A DNA stretch of 64,000 nt from Hamiltosporidium tvaerminnensis FI-OER-3-3 (GCA_022605425.2 CM061254.1:186001-250000), one strand, 5' to 3'. Positions 1 to 13,518 are shown, counted from the stretch's first letter. Numbers and translations are program-made. Notes: generated by a model from the letters alone, not told the origin.

Positions 1-1702
1 TAGGCGTTTCGGTGATTTTTTTTGATTGAGTTAGATTGTCAGTGAAAGGAAAACTTTCTTTACGAAAAATAAAGAGTGAATGAACAATGATGCGACCCCG
101 CCTTATCTGTTGTAAATTCCGATATCCTCACCAGTAGACTATTTGCATCAAAAAGTTACTATACAATCTTGAAAACGTTTAAAAATTAGTTTGATTCGAA
201 TTTTTGTAAATAACACTCGAAAATTGTTTAAATTCAGGTTGTTTACAATTGAATAGTTGATACTTAAAGTTTTTATGGTTAAGTTGTAAAAGATTATTTT
301 TTCGAAATTCAAATTGTAGTACAAAAAGCTTCTTTGATTGTAATAATAACTGAATAGTCGTATAAAAATGGTAATTTATGATATGGAATCAGATCAAGTA
401 ATATAACCACCTTTGGTACACAAGGACGCATCGTATAAATATTCCAAAAATATAAAAAAGGTGAGATGAAAATCAAAAGTAGCAAATAAAACGAGGCAAA
501 GCATGCTTATAATAAGCATAGTATTTATTTAAGAATTTTACTGAAATAGTTCTAGTTTAAAAGTTAAAATACCCTAAAAATTATACTGTAGGTATAAAGG
601 CTTTTTTAACTAAAATATAGATTTTGCAAAGACTTTCAATAAAAATAAATATACCTAGGTCAAATCGGCATTAATAAATAATAAAATGACTGAAGACACG
701 GTGATGTAGTATAATTCTTATGAAAACGAGATTTTATGTATTGGATAATATTTAATGTGGCTTAATAAAAAGTTTATAGAGCTGTACGAAGAACCAGCGG
801 TTTTCTCTATAAGAAATAGAATATGTTTAGAAAATAAAAGAAATCTATAACGCCGACATCGCTTGTGTAAATCATAAAACTTTTAACTAATCTAATGTAT
901 GAAAGGCTTAGGCTTTCAAAAAGCCCCGAATAGATAGCACAACAAAGGGTATTATGTTTACATTTACTGTAAAGTTATAAATTCAAGATTTTTAATAAAC
1001 TATTCATCAAAATAAGTCTTAGAAATATTTATTTAGAAATGAGAAAAGTGACAGAATAAGATATTGCGTTTACGTTGAATAAAAAACTCAAAATGTATTT
1101 TAAATCCTAACAAGGGTCTAATAATTCTATTCGAAATAGAAGGCAAATATCTGGCATTACTCCTATGTGTTAAAACAGAAGAACTTTAAAAGTATATTGT
1201 ATCAGCAATAAATTGATTTAAGAGTTATCGATATGAGTTGCATTAAATAATCTCATATATTATAAGGCTAAATGGTATTACGCAAAAATATCATAAAATG
1301 TATTTTAAAAGACTTAAAATACATATAGATAGAACCAGATATAGAATCATATCTTTGAAAAATCAAATCTAAAAATCATCATTTAAGCGCAAAAAAAAAT
1401 TGGTTCAGATTAAATTCCTAGAAAAAAATGAGGAGAGCATCGATATGTCTTTTAATAGCATCGAAAATGTATAAAGAACCATACTTTCTATGACACAAGT
1501 AAGTAACGAGGAGGATGATGTTAAACAAGTAAAAAAAAACTGCTCCTCGTTACAAATCACAAATCCCTTCCACTTTAAAATTTCGGAGATAAATATAAAT
1601 GCAGATTTAGGTTTAGAAGAAAAACGGGGGTATAAATTCATTGAGGAGAATACACAAAAGAGAAAAAATATATTTCTTTTTCTCGAGATTTTGTCGAAAT
1701 AG
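1..1702 (+). mobile_element. Decayed RLE-type non-LTR retrotransposon (R4/Dong-like), RT-thumb to endonuclease and C-terminal region
   Basis: Interrupted translation gives HN..VLCLHLL (~940-970, R-H-N motif after the zinc knuckle) and a near-continuous frame NKGLIILFEIE..VKTEEL*KY..IISYIIRLNGITQKYHKMYFKRL (1108-1316), resembling the restriction-like endonuclease region. ORF 1490-1702 looks like its C-terminal tail. Colinear with the fragments at 6.6 kb and 44.7 kb. Confidence 0.6.
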
Positions 1703-2077
1703 TTTTTACCTTTTCTTTTACAAAAATATGGCTTAAAATTGTTTATCCAAGTCAAAGATGTTGTCTCTGAAATGGTTTTCGTTTAAACATCTAGGTTAGG
1801 TATAAATTTTTTCGGCACAAATCTAGTTTACTTCTCAAATACAATGAAAGCATATTCACCTTTACTAGTAGCCTAGTAATTATTTAAAATTTAACTCGAA
1901 TACTTTCTAAAAAAATACATTTTAAACCAAAAAATAGCATATATTAAGAAGTCAAAAACACGAAAAAAGATTAATAGCTTTTATCAATACAAATCGGATT
2001 TATTATATAAGTAAAAATTCATTATTTTATAATTCATCATTCGAATCATAAAAATTACATTTTATTTTAGTATAGCC

Positions 2078-2350
2078 TTATCTAAATTGATTACCAAATC
2101 CTTTGATTTGATCATCCACATTACTTGCCTGGGGGTTTAGACTTGAAGATACATATCCGATTTTTTCTATCACAGCTAATTTTGGCACTGTATGAATATC
2201 AGCAAAAGACTGATAAACACTTTTATCATATAAGGAAATAAACTTTTTTAATTTGCACATATCGTTAGAATCCGTACCGGTGTTGATATTGGAATCGCTT
2301 GTACATAATACAGTGCAAGATAATATGTAAAATACAAAAGAAGACATCAT
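2078..2350 (-). CDS. Small hypothetical protein with predicted signal peptide (90 aa)
   Basis: ATG start, hydrophobic N-terminus (SSFVFYILSCTVLC), GC higher than flanks; no homology recognised. Confidence 0.4.
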   Translation of the reverse strand: MMSSFVFYILSCTVLCTSDSNINTGTDSNDMCKLKKFISLYDKSVYQSFADIHTVPKLAVIEKIGYVSSSLNPQASNVDDQIKGFGNQFR

Positions 2351-3049
2351 TACTTTATGAGAAATATGACTTATTTATACTTTCAAATTCTTAAATTAAA
2401 TTTTAATCAAATTTAGAGGTAAATAGTTATAAATTAAACATTTTATGTGTGTAATTTTATCTCCAAAACATAAATAATTGAAAATTCTCAATACACCTTT
2501 AGAACTAGATTTAAATTTAAGGTAGAGAAAGGCAATATAATTAAATTGTCATTTTGTTTTTAATTACAAAAAGTCAGTTTCGTTGTAAAAAATCCTTAAA
2601 TTTTTTTATAATTTAAAACAGATTTTTCATTGCTTTAATTGGAGCAAAGTTGATATTATTTGACGAAACTCTAAAAGTAAAAACAACTCATGATTTTTTA
2701 AGATTGAATATAATGAAAATTTTTGATTTAAGAGTTAATTTAATGTATATTAGTTTCATTTCTTTAAAGTTTAAAAAAATATCTTCTAAGTATCAAAACG
2801 AAAAAAGGCTTGAATGGAATGTAATTTATTGAATTGATAAGGAAACCCTTTACGGGATAAGTAAAAAGCTAAGTTTTTTCTAATTTTAAACTTGGTTGTT
2901 ATATCTACTTTAAATTTGCTCATTCAGGCTTTATCTTTATGGAACTAGAAGATTTAAATTCTAAAAAATCAGAAGTATCAGATATTTTGTACTTTATCTA
3001 TCTATATAAAAATATATGTGTGTGTGTGTATGCGTTTGTGTGTTTAAAC

Positions 3050-3270
3050 ACTGTAAATAAAGGGTATTGTTTATATAAAGGGGTATTGATATAATTATAA
3101 AGGTAGATTAACTAAAGGGTTATTTATGGGATTTTTATTAAAGGGTGTTAATAACTTTGGGTCAATTTAAAAGGTGTTAATATATAGCTTAGTATCTTGA
3201 AGGGTGTTAATATATAGTTGTATGTTAAAGGTTGTTAATAATATACAAGTATTTTTAAGGAGGGGGTTTA
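3050..3270. repeat. Degenerate ~30-bp array of AAGGGTGTTAA/AAGGGTATT motifs
   Basis: Repeated aagggtgttaa-like units; reverse complement of the TTAACACCCTT arrays elsewhere in the window. Confidence 0.55.
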
Positions 3271-3899
3271 CTGTTCCACGCATTTCAACAGTTTCAGCCG
3301 ATAGGCCATTTAAAATTGTAAGTTTGTTACGATTCGCTTTGGAAAGACAATAAAACGCACAAAAATAATCGTGCAGTGTGTAGAATAGATTTGGTTAGAA
3401 TATGCTTGTTACATGAAAACCCTATGTAGCCACTCCATTCGTAGAAATCTCTTTCGATTTTTTCATATAGACACCAGAACCAATTTAAAGAATATTAATG
3501 TTTCAAATAACTCGAAAAACAAATTAATACTATTTCAATTTATAAACTAATTATGATTCTGTTTTTATTTTATTTGAATCATTTTTCTTTTATTATCACA
3601 GGTACTCGTGGCAGGTAAACGAGTGTTTGATAAGAACACATTAATATATATTTTACGGATAATTTAAGAAAATTTTTGTGCATCTAAAATAATTTCTTAC
3701 TTTGCCAGATAAATTGAAATACAGCTACAATCTAATAAGTTACTAAAAAATGATAGCAATTTAGCATCTAATATACTATCCATGGTATAAAAGCAATTTT
3801 TTTAGACATTTTACTTGTACTATCTAGCGCTTCAACGAGTAAACTATTGTTTTTGGTTCTTTCTTTATTGAGTAACAGTTATTTTTTTCAAAAAAAATA

Positions 3900-6021
3900 C
3901 AGGAACATATGTTAACGCGCCTAAGTTATGTGAAACATCAATTAGACGAAAGTATGATTTACTTGCTTTGTACAAAAGTAAAAGTAAAATAATTTGATTC
4001 AGTAGAAAAATTAAAACATCTAAAAAGGGGTTATTAGGGAAAAAACCCGAAGACTAGCCTTTACGCAAGTTTGCCATATTAATTATAGGAGAGAAGAAAA
4101 ATGTATTTTTTCCTTTAGACTAGCGGTTCTCGAACTTTTAAGTGAGACGCACCCCTTTTAATATGAAAATTAATCTCCACATCCCCAGGCAAAAAATGTT
4201 TCGACTTTTTGCGAATTCGTTTTTTATTTAAAAATAATATACGCATTGTAATGCTCCGTATGAGCTTAAGCTTTTGCTAGGTGTCTCCTCCAAAAAATAC
4301 CTTACCGCACTTCAAAATACCGTCTCACACCCCGGTTAAGAACCACTACTTGACAGGAAGGTAAAAAGAGATTGGATTCGATTCCCGGATTTTGCAATCT
4401 TATTCTTTTAACAAGAAAGGTTGCGTTGGGCTGAGCAACCTAAAAAATCTAAAGAAAGTGTATTTGAAACGCTTATTAAATTGGCGAAGCTCTGGTGTAC
4501 TTGTGCATTGTGTTTCGTCTGTAGGGAAAGGAACGAGTTATATAGAAAGAGCAGATTAGGTTTTATGTACATAAAAAAAAGATATTTCATATATTAAATG
4601 ATGCACATGTTTCGATTAGGCATAGGGGTAGAAGCCGTATATAAAAAGAGATTGCTTCAAAGTATAAAAAAATCCCGAGTGAAATAATAATAGCCTATCT
4701 AAACTCACGTGGCCGTGAGGAAAAAAAACAATGTACCAAAAGAAAATATTAATGGTAATAACCATAATAAGTGAAAAATGAATTCAAGATTATGGGTTGA
4801 TTTAATCAACATGCAGTCATTATCTGCGATCAATATAAATTTATGCAGCTTAGAATTCTAAGATCAAAATAACAGAAGCAGTAACTTATATACATATAAA
4901 AAATTTTTTGTGCGCCTAGTATTTTGCGAAATTCTAATGGCAAATAATTTGCAAACAATACCATTAAAATATCTATGTAGAATATGGCTCGAATTAAAGA
5001 TGGTGCATGTAAAGCACTAGACATTTTCAAATTTAGGTATCTATAGAAAGAGCGAATTATGATGTGGATAATATGTTTTTATCGACCCTGGAAGAGAATA
5101 ACCGATTAACAGAGTCAGAAGGCTTAGTTCTTGTTTAAATCCTTAAACAGAACTACTCATAGAGTCAGAAACTATAAACAGTATGAAGCAACGTTATGCA
5201 CGAAGGTAAAAGTTGGTCTCAAAAGTTTTCTACCTACGATGTTCTGCCTAATATAATTGTGAAGAATACTCAGATCAATACTATGACACAATAAAATTTA
5301 CAATCTGTAGAAGAGAGCACATTACAAATTGAGCTAGCCGATATAAAAACAAGTCAAGATAACAAAAGGAAGAATGTTTTTTGATAGTTATTTCAAATTC
5401 AACTTCCTATTTAAATCAAGTTAAGATTTTAATGCCAAAAAGAAAAATAAAAGTCTAGATTGCCATACAATATTTAAGTATCTGTTCATGAAAAAAATTC
5501 GAATGAAGTTAATATGTATTTTCAGAGAATTTCGATTTAAAAAAGGGCAAATCAGACATATTGAAAACCAGGAAGATTTCCGTAAGCAATCTAAACAAAC
5601 AAACTGAAAAAATGCTTAGGGTCTCTAATTCAAAATAGTCTGTTTTCAATAAATGCAACTTTTTAAGAGTTCTAGTCTCGATGGGGACGGAGAGCGCTGT
5701 GATAGAAGAAACATCTTGGCATTGATTTTTTAAATAAAATATGCTAATCCTTATATATTAGATACAAAACAATGGATCCTGATTCAACTTTGTTTAATAA
5801 ACATATTTAAAATATGCAATGAAAAGTTTAATTCTACCGAAGAACCTAGGTCTGATATTTCTTCAAGATAATGCGCCAGAATATCAGCCAATACCGAGTG
5901 CAAAGATTATTATCAATGTGGCCACCAATTAGGATGCTTATCTGACAAATGCAAGTGTGGGACAAAAAATAAGCTCGTTAACTCGCAATTTCCCCCAAAA
6001 CGAAGCTGCTCTAATATATAA
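3900..6021 (+). pseudogene. Decayed Ginger2/KRBA2-SCAND3-like DDE integrase (transposase) gene
   Basis: Frameshifted motifs in the expected order: RKFAILIIGEKK (~4065), IFHILNDAHVSIRHRGRSR (~4583), MNSRLWVDLINMQS (~4778), IFCAPSILRNSNG.FAN (~4903), ELKMVH..SIERANYDVDNM (~4991-5075), and a Cys-rich end CGHQLGCLSDKCKCGTKNKL.NS...RSCSNI* (stop 6019-6021). 5' boundary approximate. Confidence 0.8.
4121..4348. mobile_element. hAT (Buster/Charlie-type) MITE inserted in the integrase pseudogene
   Basis: Imperfect TIRs tagcggttctcgaac (4121) / gttaagaaccacta (4335-4348) resembling CAGTGGTTCTCAAC; subterminal IR gtgagacg/cgtctcac; left flank cttTAgac (nnnTAnnn), right flank ctt--gac. Confidence 0.6.
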
Positions 6022-6599
6022 AATCGCCTGGATATAGCATACTTTAAAATTGCACATGTTTTTTTGACAATTGGTTTTTTCTTATAGCTTTTTACTTGGA
6101 TTATATTTCTTCTAATTGGTGTATGCTATAATATATTAATAAAATTTTTCGAAATCCCCAAATATGTAAATAGTCCGTAGCATATACATTAAAAAATTTG
6201 AGAGGTTAAAATTGTAAGAGTTAAATGAATTTCTATGAATGTAATACTTGTAAATTTACTCTTATCTTTTACTTAGATTCTGTATTTTTTATATTTATAA
6301 TGATTTATTCGCTTTCTTGATTAAATATTATTGAAATTTGTTTCAAAGTTTAATTGTTATCATTTCCTTCCTGTTTTTTTAATTGTATAGAACGATAGTC
6401 GGTAATTAGAAATCTAAATGTCTACATATAAAAAGCTTAAGTTTATTTTCAGATGCTTTTTTGCTTAGGAATGATTTAATGAAGTTTTCTTTAAAAATGT
6501 ACGGTTTTTGATTAGTAATAATTCGAAATAAATTTTAGGCCTTACGTAAAACTATAAGATGAACCTATAAACTTAGCAAGAAATCTTTACATAAAAGAA

Positions 6600-7350
6600 G
6601 ATATTGGTATTTGCGAATAATATAACGTCTCCTTGGTCAATTAGACTGTAATTCACTCGTTTTTTTTACCGATTTGAAGGAATAAAATACTATATTATTA
6701 TAAGCCCATTTTTCGATTCGCTATATTAAAACTGATTATTGATATGTTTAAATGGGATAGACATCAGAATAAAAACTGGTTTCGAAATTGAGAAAAAGTA
6801 AAGGATATATATATAATATTTGGACAATAGACTTTATAGGTAGCCTCCATTGGTGTAGAAACCGCACCCTAAAACTTACACTAAATTGTTAAAACAGTTA
6901 AAAATAAGAATCATGTTATAATAACCAACAGTGCGGTTTTATTTATAAAAGTAGAGTGGAGATGATTTCTTTTGTTATAAAATAAGCCTGTTTTTGCCAA
7001 AATACTACGAGATGTGTTTAAATATTGCAAAAAAGCATCAATATGAGGCATACATACAATAGATGTTTCTTAAAAAGAGATCAAAACAATTTATTTTGAA
7101 CGACAAAGAGTACTTGAGTTTGGATAAAATGTCGAGATAGAGGGCCCTTAAATGTTTTGAAAGGTGCTTGGGTGCACAAAAAATCAAAACTTCATTTAAG
7201 GTCAGTAAATTTCATGTAAGATGATGTTAAAAATGCTCATAAAAAATCTTTAATCTCTTATTTTAGCTAGCGTAACCACCGTGAGGTAACGAGAATCAAG
7301 TCAAATGAAGATTTTATTAAGAAAGCAGTTGCGAAGTCAAAATGGTGGAG
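6600..7350 (+). mobile_element. Decayed RLE-type non-LTR retrotransposon 3' fragment (R4/Dong-like)
   Basis: IDIRIKTG.EI (~6757), DIYI (PD motif remnant), GFIYKSRVEMISFVI (~6935), EAYIQ*MFLKK..KTIYFERQR (~7044-7110). Confidence 0.55.
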
Positions 7351-7623
7351 GAGATTTTTTAACTTGGATTTTAATTAAATTCTAATTGAACTATTAGTAG
7401 CCCTAAACTATGTCAATTTCATAATTGAAGAACTATTATATAATTATAAATTTCTACATTTATTCGAGCTTTAATTGCGTATAAAATATCATGACATTGG
7501 AATTATAGTAAACATAAGAAATTATATTTTGATAACATTAGTCATCAAAAAAAATAGCACTCATAGTAGTTTCCTATAAAATCGAGTTTTAAACTGATTA
7601 ATGAAAATAAATACCTAAAAAAC

Positions 7624-9962
7624 TTAAATTGATAAAATTTGTAGATCTTCTCCAAATTCAGATTGTAAATACTTTTTCAATTCTAATTGTACAAATGATA
7701 CACGAATCTCAAACAATTGTAACTTTTTTAAATATATTCTTTTGAAATGATACATTATTGATGAGTCTAGAAAATTAAGAGATATACCTATATATTGAAG
7801 AAATTTCAGCTTCATTAAAGCAAAGATATCGCATTGCTGTAAAATAATATCAAAGATAAAAATTTCAACTGTTTTGTAGGATTTATCTGGCATAAAAAGC
7901 TGGAAGAAACTACAGTTATCGAATTTGCAAGAGGAAATATTTAGGTGTCTACAATTGGTCATGAACGACAAATATGATAGATCGTTTCTTGATAAAAAGC
8001 TTGCACAAAAATTAAATGATTTTACATTTGATAGTAAATTTGAGCTGGAAAACGACATATACACAGAACCACTTGGTAAATTACAATTACATAAATGAAT
8101 CTTACGCAATTGAATATTGCTTTTCTCGGAAATTATGGGAAATTTGTTCAGTTTATTACATTCTAAATGAATCGAACTGAGTTTAATATGATTTTTCAAA
8201 TTTATAATGAAATAATTCGAATCTAGAAGTTTATTCGAGTCTTTAATTATGATTGTCAAACATATAAGGTTCTTATAGTTTTCAATAGATTGAAATATAT
8301 AACGAGCATGTCACAATTTGATATTTTGAGATTTTGAAGACTTTTTACATGTTTACACTCAGTGAAAATTATAGAATCTGAATGTAAAAAAGTGCAATCT
8401 ATATATATTATGGACATTAGATTTCTAAAATTATGAATGCATTGTATTTCGTAGTCGTCTAAATAAAGGTTGACTAATTTAAGTCTTTTTAAGGTAGGAT
8501 GATATTGTTGATAATTTATATTATTAACACCAGAAACCGACTTTAATATTTTAGATCTTATTGATATGTTTTCTAAATTCTTAAAATTTGATATTTTATT
8601 AAAGAATTCTCTAAAATTTGCACTGAAAAAATAGAGCGATATTTTTCTCACAATTATGTAATAAGCTTCCGGAATTTTTAAACTTTGAAAATGATTGAAA
8701 TTTTTTTTCTTGATCGAAGACAGATATAATTGTTCTATATCTGGAAAAAACAGTCGAGGATCTGTACTTAGATCAAGAAAGGGAGCGCTGATATTCAAAA
8801 TTTTTAAGTTTTTTAATTTACCGATTAAATATTTTGGAAAGAAATATTGCCTTTGATCAATAATAATGTCACTGAGAATAAGATGTTCTAAAAAAGTAAA
8901 ATTGGCTAACAATCGCATATTATTTTCGGTCAATATTGTTCTTCGAATTTCTAATTTTTTAATATTTTTGAAAACGGCTATATTATTCAAATAAAGCAAA
9001 ACTAACCCGATTTTTGTCTTTTGAGAAATTGTTACTGCGTCTATATTTCTTGAAAATATTTTCCGAAGACAAAATATTTTTTTCACATGAACAAAATCTA
9101 TATCAATTAAATATATTTCTTCGATTTCTTTAAAAAACAATAGAAAATGTAATAATTTGATATTATTCTCTTTAATTTTATTTTCGTATATTTTTTCTAT
9201 AATATAAGAAGAAATGTTAAATTTCTTACCTTCAGTTGCTTTTTCATCAAATCTACGACCAATTTTACCTTTGCTTATATCCTCTATATAATAGAAGTTT
9301 AGCTCATAAAATATTTCAATCATTCTAGATATTATCCAATTGAAGTAATTAGTGCAAAACCTTTCTTTATATTGTAATACTTGGTTAATTCCATTGTATA
9401 AAGTATTTCCTGAAGCATGGATCATATAACCTTTAAGAATCTTGTAAAAGTTTTTATCTCCATATATACCAACAATATACGAGAAGTATAGAACATCTAA
9501 TGATTTATCGATTGGAACATCGGTGTTCATAGAGTCGAAATTTGAGAATAATTGCAGACAGTATTTAAAATCTATAAAATAGAGCTTTTGATGTAGGTAA
9601 ATCTTATCTCTACACTTACTCATCGGAATTAAATTTTCTGTAGATGGAATCAAACATATATTTTCTGGAAAAGAAATTTTAACCATACTTAGCTCAAAAT
9701 GTTTTAATTCATCTTTTTCATTTGGACATAAAAATAAATCATTTATAAAACGATGTAATCCTTCACATTCATATAAAACATTCTTTTCTTCTGAATATAA
9801 TGCATATCTGTTAGTTAATTCTCCTTTATCTCGGTTATAATTATTAGTTATAGAATCATTTATATTACAGGCATATAGTAAATCAAACTCTATCGATTCC
9901 TTCTTTTTCAATCTTTGGATTGTGCAATATGTTAGATTTAATACATAAAGAAATGCATTCAT
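7624..9962 (-). CDS. Signal-peptide, LRR-like protein split by one frameshift near 8256-8259 (pseudogene or assembly error)
   Basis: Likely ATG at 9962 (MNAFLYVLNLTYCT); LxxLxL repeats (NIKKLEIR, FLEHLILS, NLKILNIS, TLKRLKLV, SLQNLKIS) continue in the overlapping 7624-8259 frame (QLRKIHLC, NCRHLNIS). Confidence 0.65.
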
Positions 9963-11967
9963 TTGAGTAAAAATATAAAAGTAAAAGTTATTGAATATAA
10001 ATTTGTTCAAAATAGTTTTATCGCTTAATATTGATTGATAATTAATCAAATTATTATTTTATCGCGAATTTTTTTAGAGTATAAGTATGCTGGTCTTATT
10101 TAAATCAGATTTACTTCATAGATTTATATTGCTACTAATTGTGAACTTTTTATTCATAATCGAAGATATTGCGTTAGACAGACAATTTAATCTGCGTAAA
10201 GATCGGTAGCACGAAAACCGATAAAAATTTGAAACTATAAACTGCCTGTTACAGTAGCTAACTTAAGCGAAACAGAATCCTGGCCTTTGTTTTCAAAGAT
10301 TTAATAATTCAGAAAAAAATTATCACCACATAAATATTTCGAAAAAAGACAATAATTAGATTCTATATATTATATTAAGAATTGTCGTTTCTAATTTGTC
10401 TGTATTTCGCTTCGGTTTTGCTTTAAGTTACTAATTTTTTCATATTCAGTTGTTTAGTATCTTCCCTATATTGTGCAATATAGAATTCGACTAAATATAT
10501 ATTTCTCAAGATAATTAAACAAATCTATTAAATTTCCTCCAGAAAACGACATCTAATGAATAGTTTCGAAAATTATGCAAATTGTGGATAAGTAAAGCCT
10601 TTCGTTGATATCTATTAAAAGAAATATAAGAGTTTCAACTAAAAAAATAATGCGCGATAAAGTTTTTTCCTTTAAATCTGGGCTATATTTCAAGCGCAAA
10701 AAAGGACGCGAATCGAGCTCAAATTTGCTATAAATTATTGGATTATTTTTGGGTTTTTCGCTTGATTTTATAAATTTTATTCGTGCCTATCTAAAAATCT
10801 AAAAATAAAATGATATAATACTTGAGTTATTCAATAGTTGAACGAAATTTTAAGTAACTTTTCGATATCAATTGAGCCGCTTAACAATTTCTCAAATCTT
10901 AGTGAACTATGAAAATTTCCACACTAAAACATTTTTATTGTTAGTATTCATATTTGATCTAATTCTAATTTTGCTAATCATTGTTTTCTATTCTAATTTT
11001 CTTGCTTTTTTCATTTGTAAAGTATTCTTTAAAGGCTTTTTTTGTCATGTCGATTTTGATCTTAGTTGTTAAATTTACATTCAGACTCGATTTAGGGATT
11101 CTTTATTGTCATTCATAAGAAGAGCAAGGATTCTTTGATATAACCTATAAATCACCTCTGGTGGTATGAATGAAATAAAATTCTTTAATTTACAATAAAA
11201 ACCTTCTAAATATACGAGATTCTAAGTCTTAATTTTATTTGTCTGTCCTTTTGCCAAATTGAATTATAAGTATCAGAAGTATTCGGAACGGAATATATAG
11301 CAGAATCATCGGATTTCAGACAAGAGGATTCAAATAAAATAATTTTTAAATTATATTACAAAAATTATTTTCAGATGAATTTTAAACACATATGCCTTTT
11401 TGATAAACTTGATTTTTTGATTGCATTTCATCAAAAACATATAAATTACCACTTTATTTGTAAAATCATTCTTCAAAATTTTTATTTTGGTATTTCAATC
11501 AAACTTCGAAGAAAACCTTTGGAAATATCAAAATTAAAAAAAAACTGTATTATTATTACTGAGAAAAAAATATTTAAATAATTTGAAATTACTTTATCCA
11601 TTAGACTTCCTCAAAGATGCTTTTGTGATTATCGCTATAGCATTTTTATTTATTTATTAAGCGACTCATATCCTAATTAGTATTTTCAAATTAACTTAAC
11701 TATCAATGAAACAAATATATGAATTGTAAAAATTTAGATACTTCGACCTAATTAATTAATTTGTTAGTATAAATAAATACTTTTATATCAAAAAAATATC
11801 GTTTTTGATGGATTATCACTTCGAATTAAATTTGTAAAATGCTAGTTGATTTGATTCAAATGATAAACTTATAAATAATTGTAATTATAATAAACTGGAA
11901 ATTCGAATTATACTCGTTTATTAAAGTACATTTCTCACTGTTTAATTTGCACTAATCTTTATTTTAA

Positions 11968-12678
11968 ATGGAGAGTAGATGATGAACAACCGCATAAAAA
12001 ACCATTATATTGGTTTGCTTGGATGAAATTGGTGTTAAATTTGCGTTCGAATTTTTAAAGAAGTGATATTGATATTTCATTTTCAGGCAATAAGTGAAAA
12101 TTCATATAAAAAGAAGAAGATATACAAATTAGTGAATTTTCTTATGAAGTTTGTGTCTGTATTTTATGTAATTAGAAAAACCTCAGTATTCTTTTGGATA
12201 ATTATCATGTAAATGGAAAAAAACACAACCTTGCTCACTTGTGTCAGCAGACTTATTACTGAGAATAACAAACCTAATACGCTCCAAAAAGCTATAGGGA
12301 AAGTGAAGATAATAACACTTGCTATAATAATGAAATCTAAATGAATTTGTAAGTAGCTGGGATATATTTATCTATAAATCTTTTTGGTTTGGAAAGTGTA
12401 GATTTGTGAAAATTCCGCTGTTACTGCAAAAGCTCAATGTTAATTTCGAAGTGCGAGGGCACAATAAGCAATGAAAGATAAAGTAAAGCCAAGTACTTAT
12501 GGTATATTTAATCTTCACTCACTTATTTTATATGAAAAAATTTGAATTTAGATAATTTCAAAATATCAAGAAAGTTTCTTGAGCAGTAGCGTATGTTACC
12601 TTAGAACTACGTAATTTTCGAGTGAAAATATATCATTGTTTTATTAATAAAAAGAAGTATTGTTTCTAAAAACATAAA
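11968..12678 (+). mobile_element. Old, diverged full-length copy of the ~725-nt structured element
   Basis: Colinear blocks aaccgcataaaaaacc, ttttatgtaattaga, ccttgctcact (12229), agactta..ctgaga, ggaaagtgtaga, tatgttacct tagaactacgt match copy 15798-16525. Confidence 0.6.
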
Positions 12679-12803
12679 GTTCTTAGATTGGACTATACTC
12701 CGTAGACTTAAAAAACAACTTTGATATTCTAAAGAGACTTTTTTTAAGTTCTGATAGTATTCAAATAATACAATCAAATACAAAAATTAACTCGAATTCT
12801 ATT

Positions 12804-13518
12804 ATGAAAAGTTATTTAAACTATTTAAAGATAATATCAATTAAAACAAATATGGTTGTAGCGGAATCAGTACCGAATTCAACTGATATTGTCACATTTG
12901 AAAATGAAGCTTCGGGGCAGGGTGGAGCTTGGTGTAATCGCACTCTTGTTTGTAAAAACCGAATAGAATACAACATTAAAATGAATGCATGTCAATCTAA
13001 GGAACTCCATGAAAAAGAATCAAACAATGACTGTAGAATAGGCATACCGGAAACTACGAAAGCGGAATTATCTCCTCAAAAAACAGAATCTCTTACATTT
13101 TCTTGTAATATTATTGCAGAAGATGTAATATCTATAAACCCCTTTCAAAAAACAAATCATATAAATATGTTATCACATCAAAGACCTTCTATTGCACCAA
13201 ATTCCAATACTGAGCGTAAAATCTCTTCTGATAATTGCCACGCTTCTTGCGGTGAAAATAAAATTTGCGATGAGTCATGCAACGGGTATTGGTGTGAACC
13301 ATGCAATTAATTAAATGTTGTGAAGATCCAGATTTTGTCTCTGGATGCACAGAAGGATTTTGTATTTCGATCCGAATATTCTTAGAAGTAATATTCAATA
13401 CCTTAGATGTTGTTGTGGTTGCTATATAGAATTTCTTTCGAGCTGTATGAAAGAATTCTGGGATTTGTTTTGTTGCTTTTGTGAATGCATTTGTATGGTT
13501 TTTGGTGCGGAATATTGA
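12804..13518 (+). pseudogene. Cys-rich-tailed protein, frameshifted
   Basis: ORF 12804-13310 ends CDESCNGYWCEPC; downstream frames give KCCEDPDFVSGCTEGFC and LRCCCGCYIEFLSSCMKEFWDLFCCFCECICMVFGAEY* (TGA 13516-13518). Confidence 0.45.

Noticed and set aside
10500-11450. Further LINE remnants (YFKRKKGRES on +, KKAY..IH on -)
   Set aside because: Too few motifs to support a call by eye.
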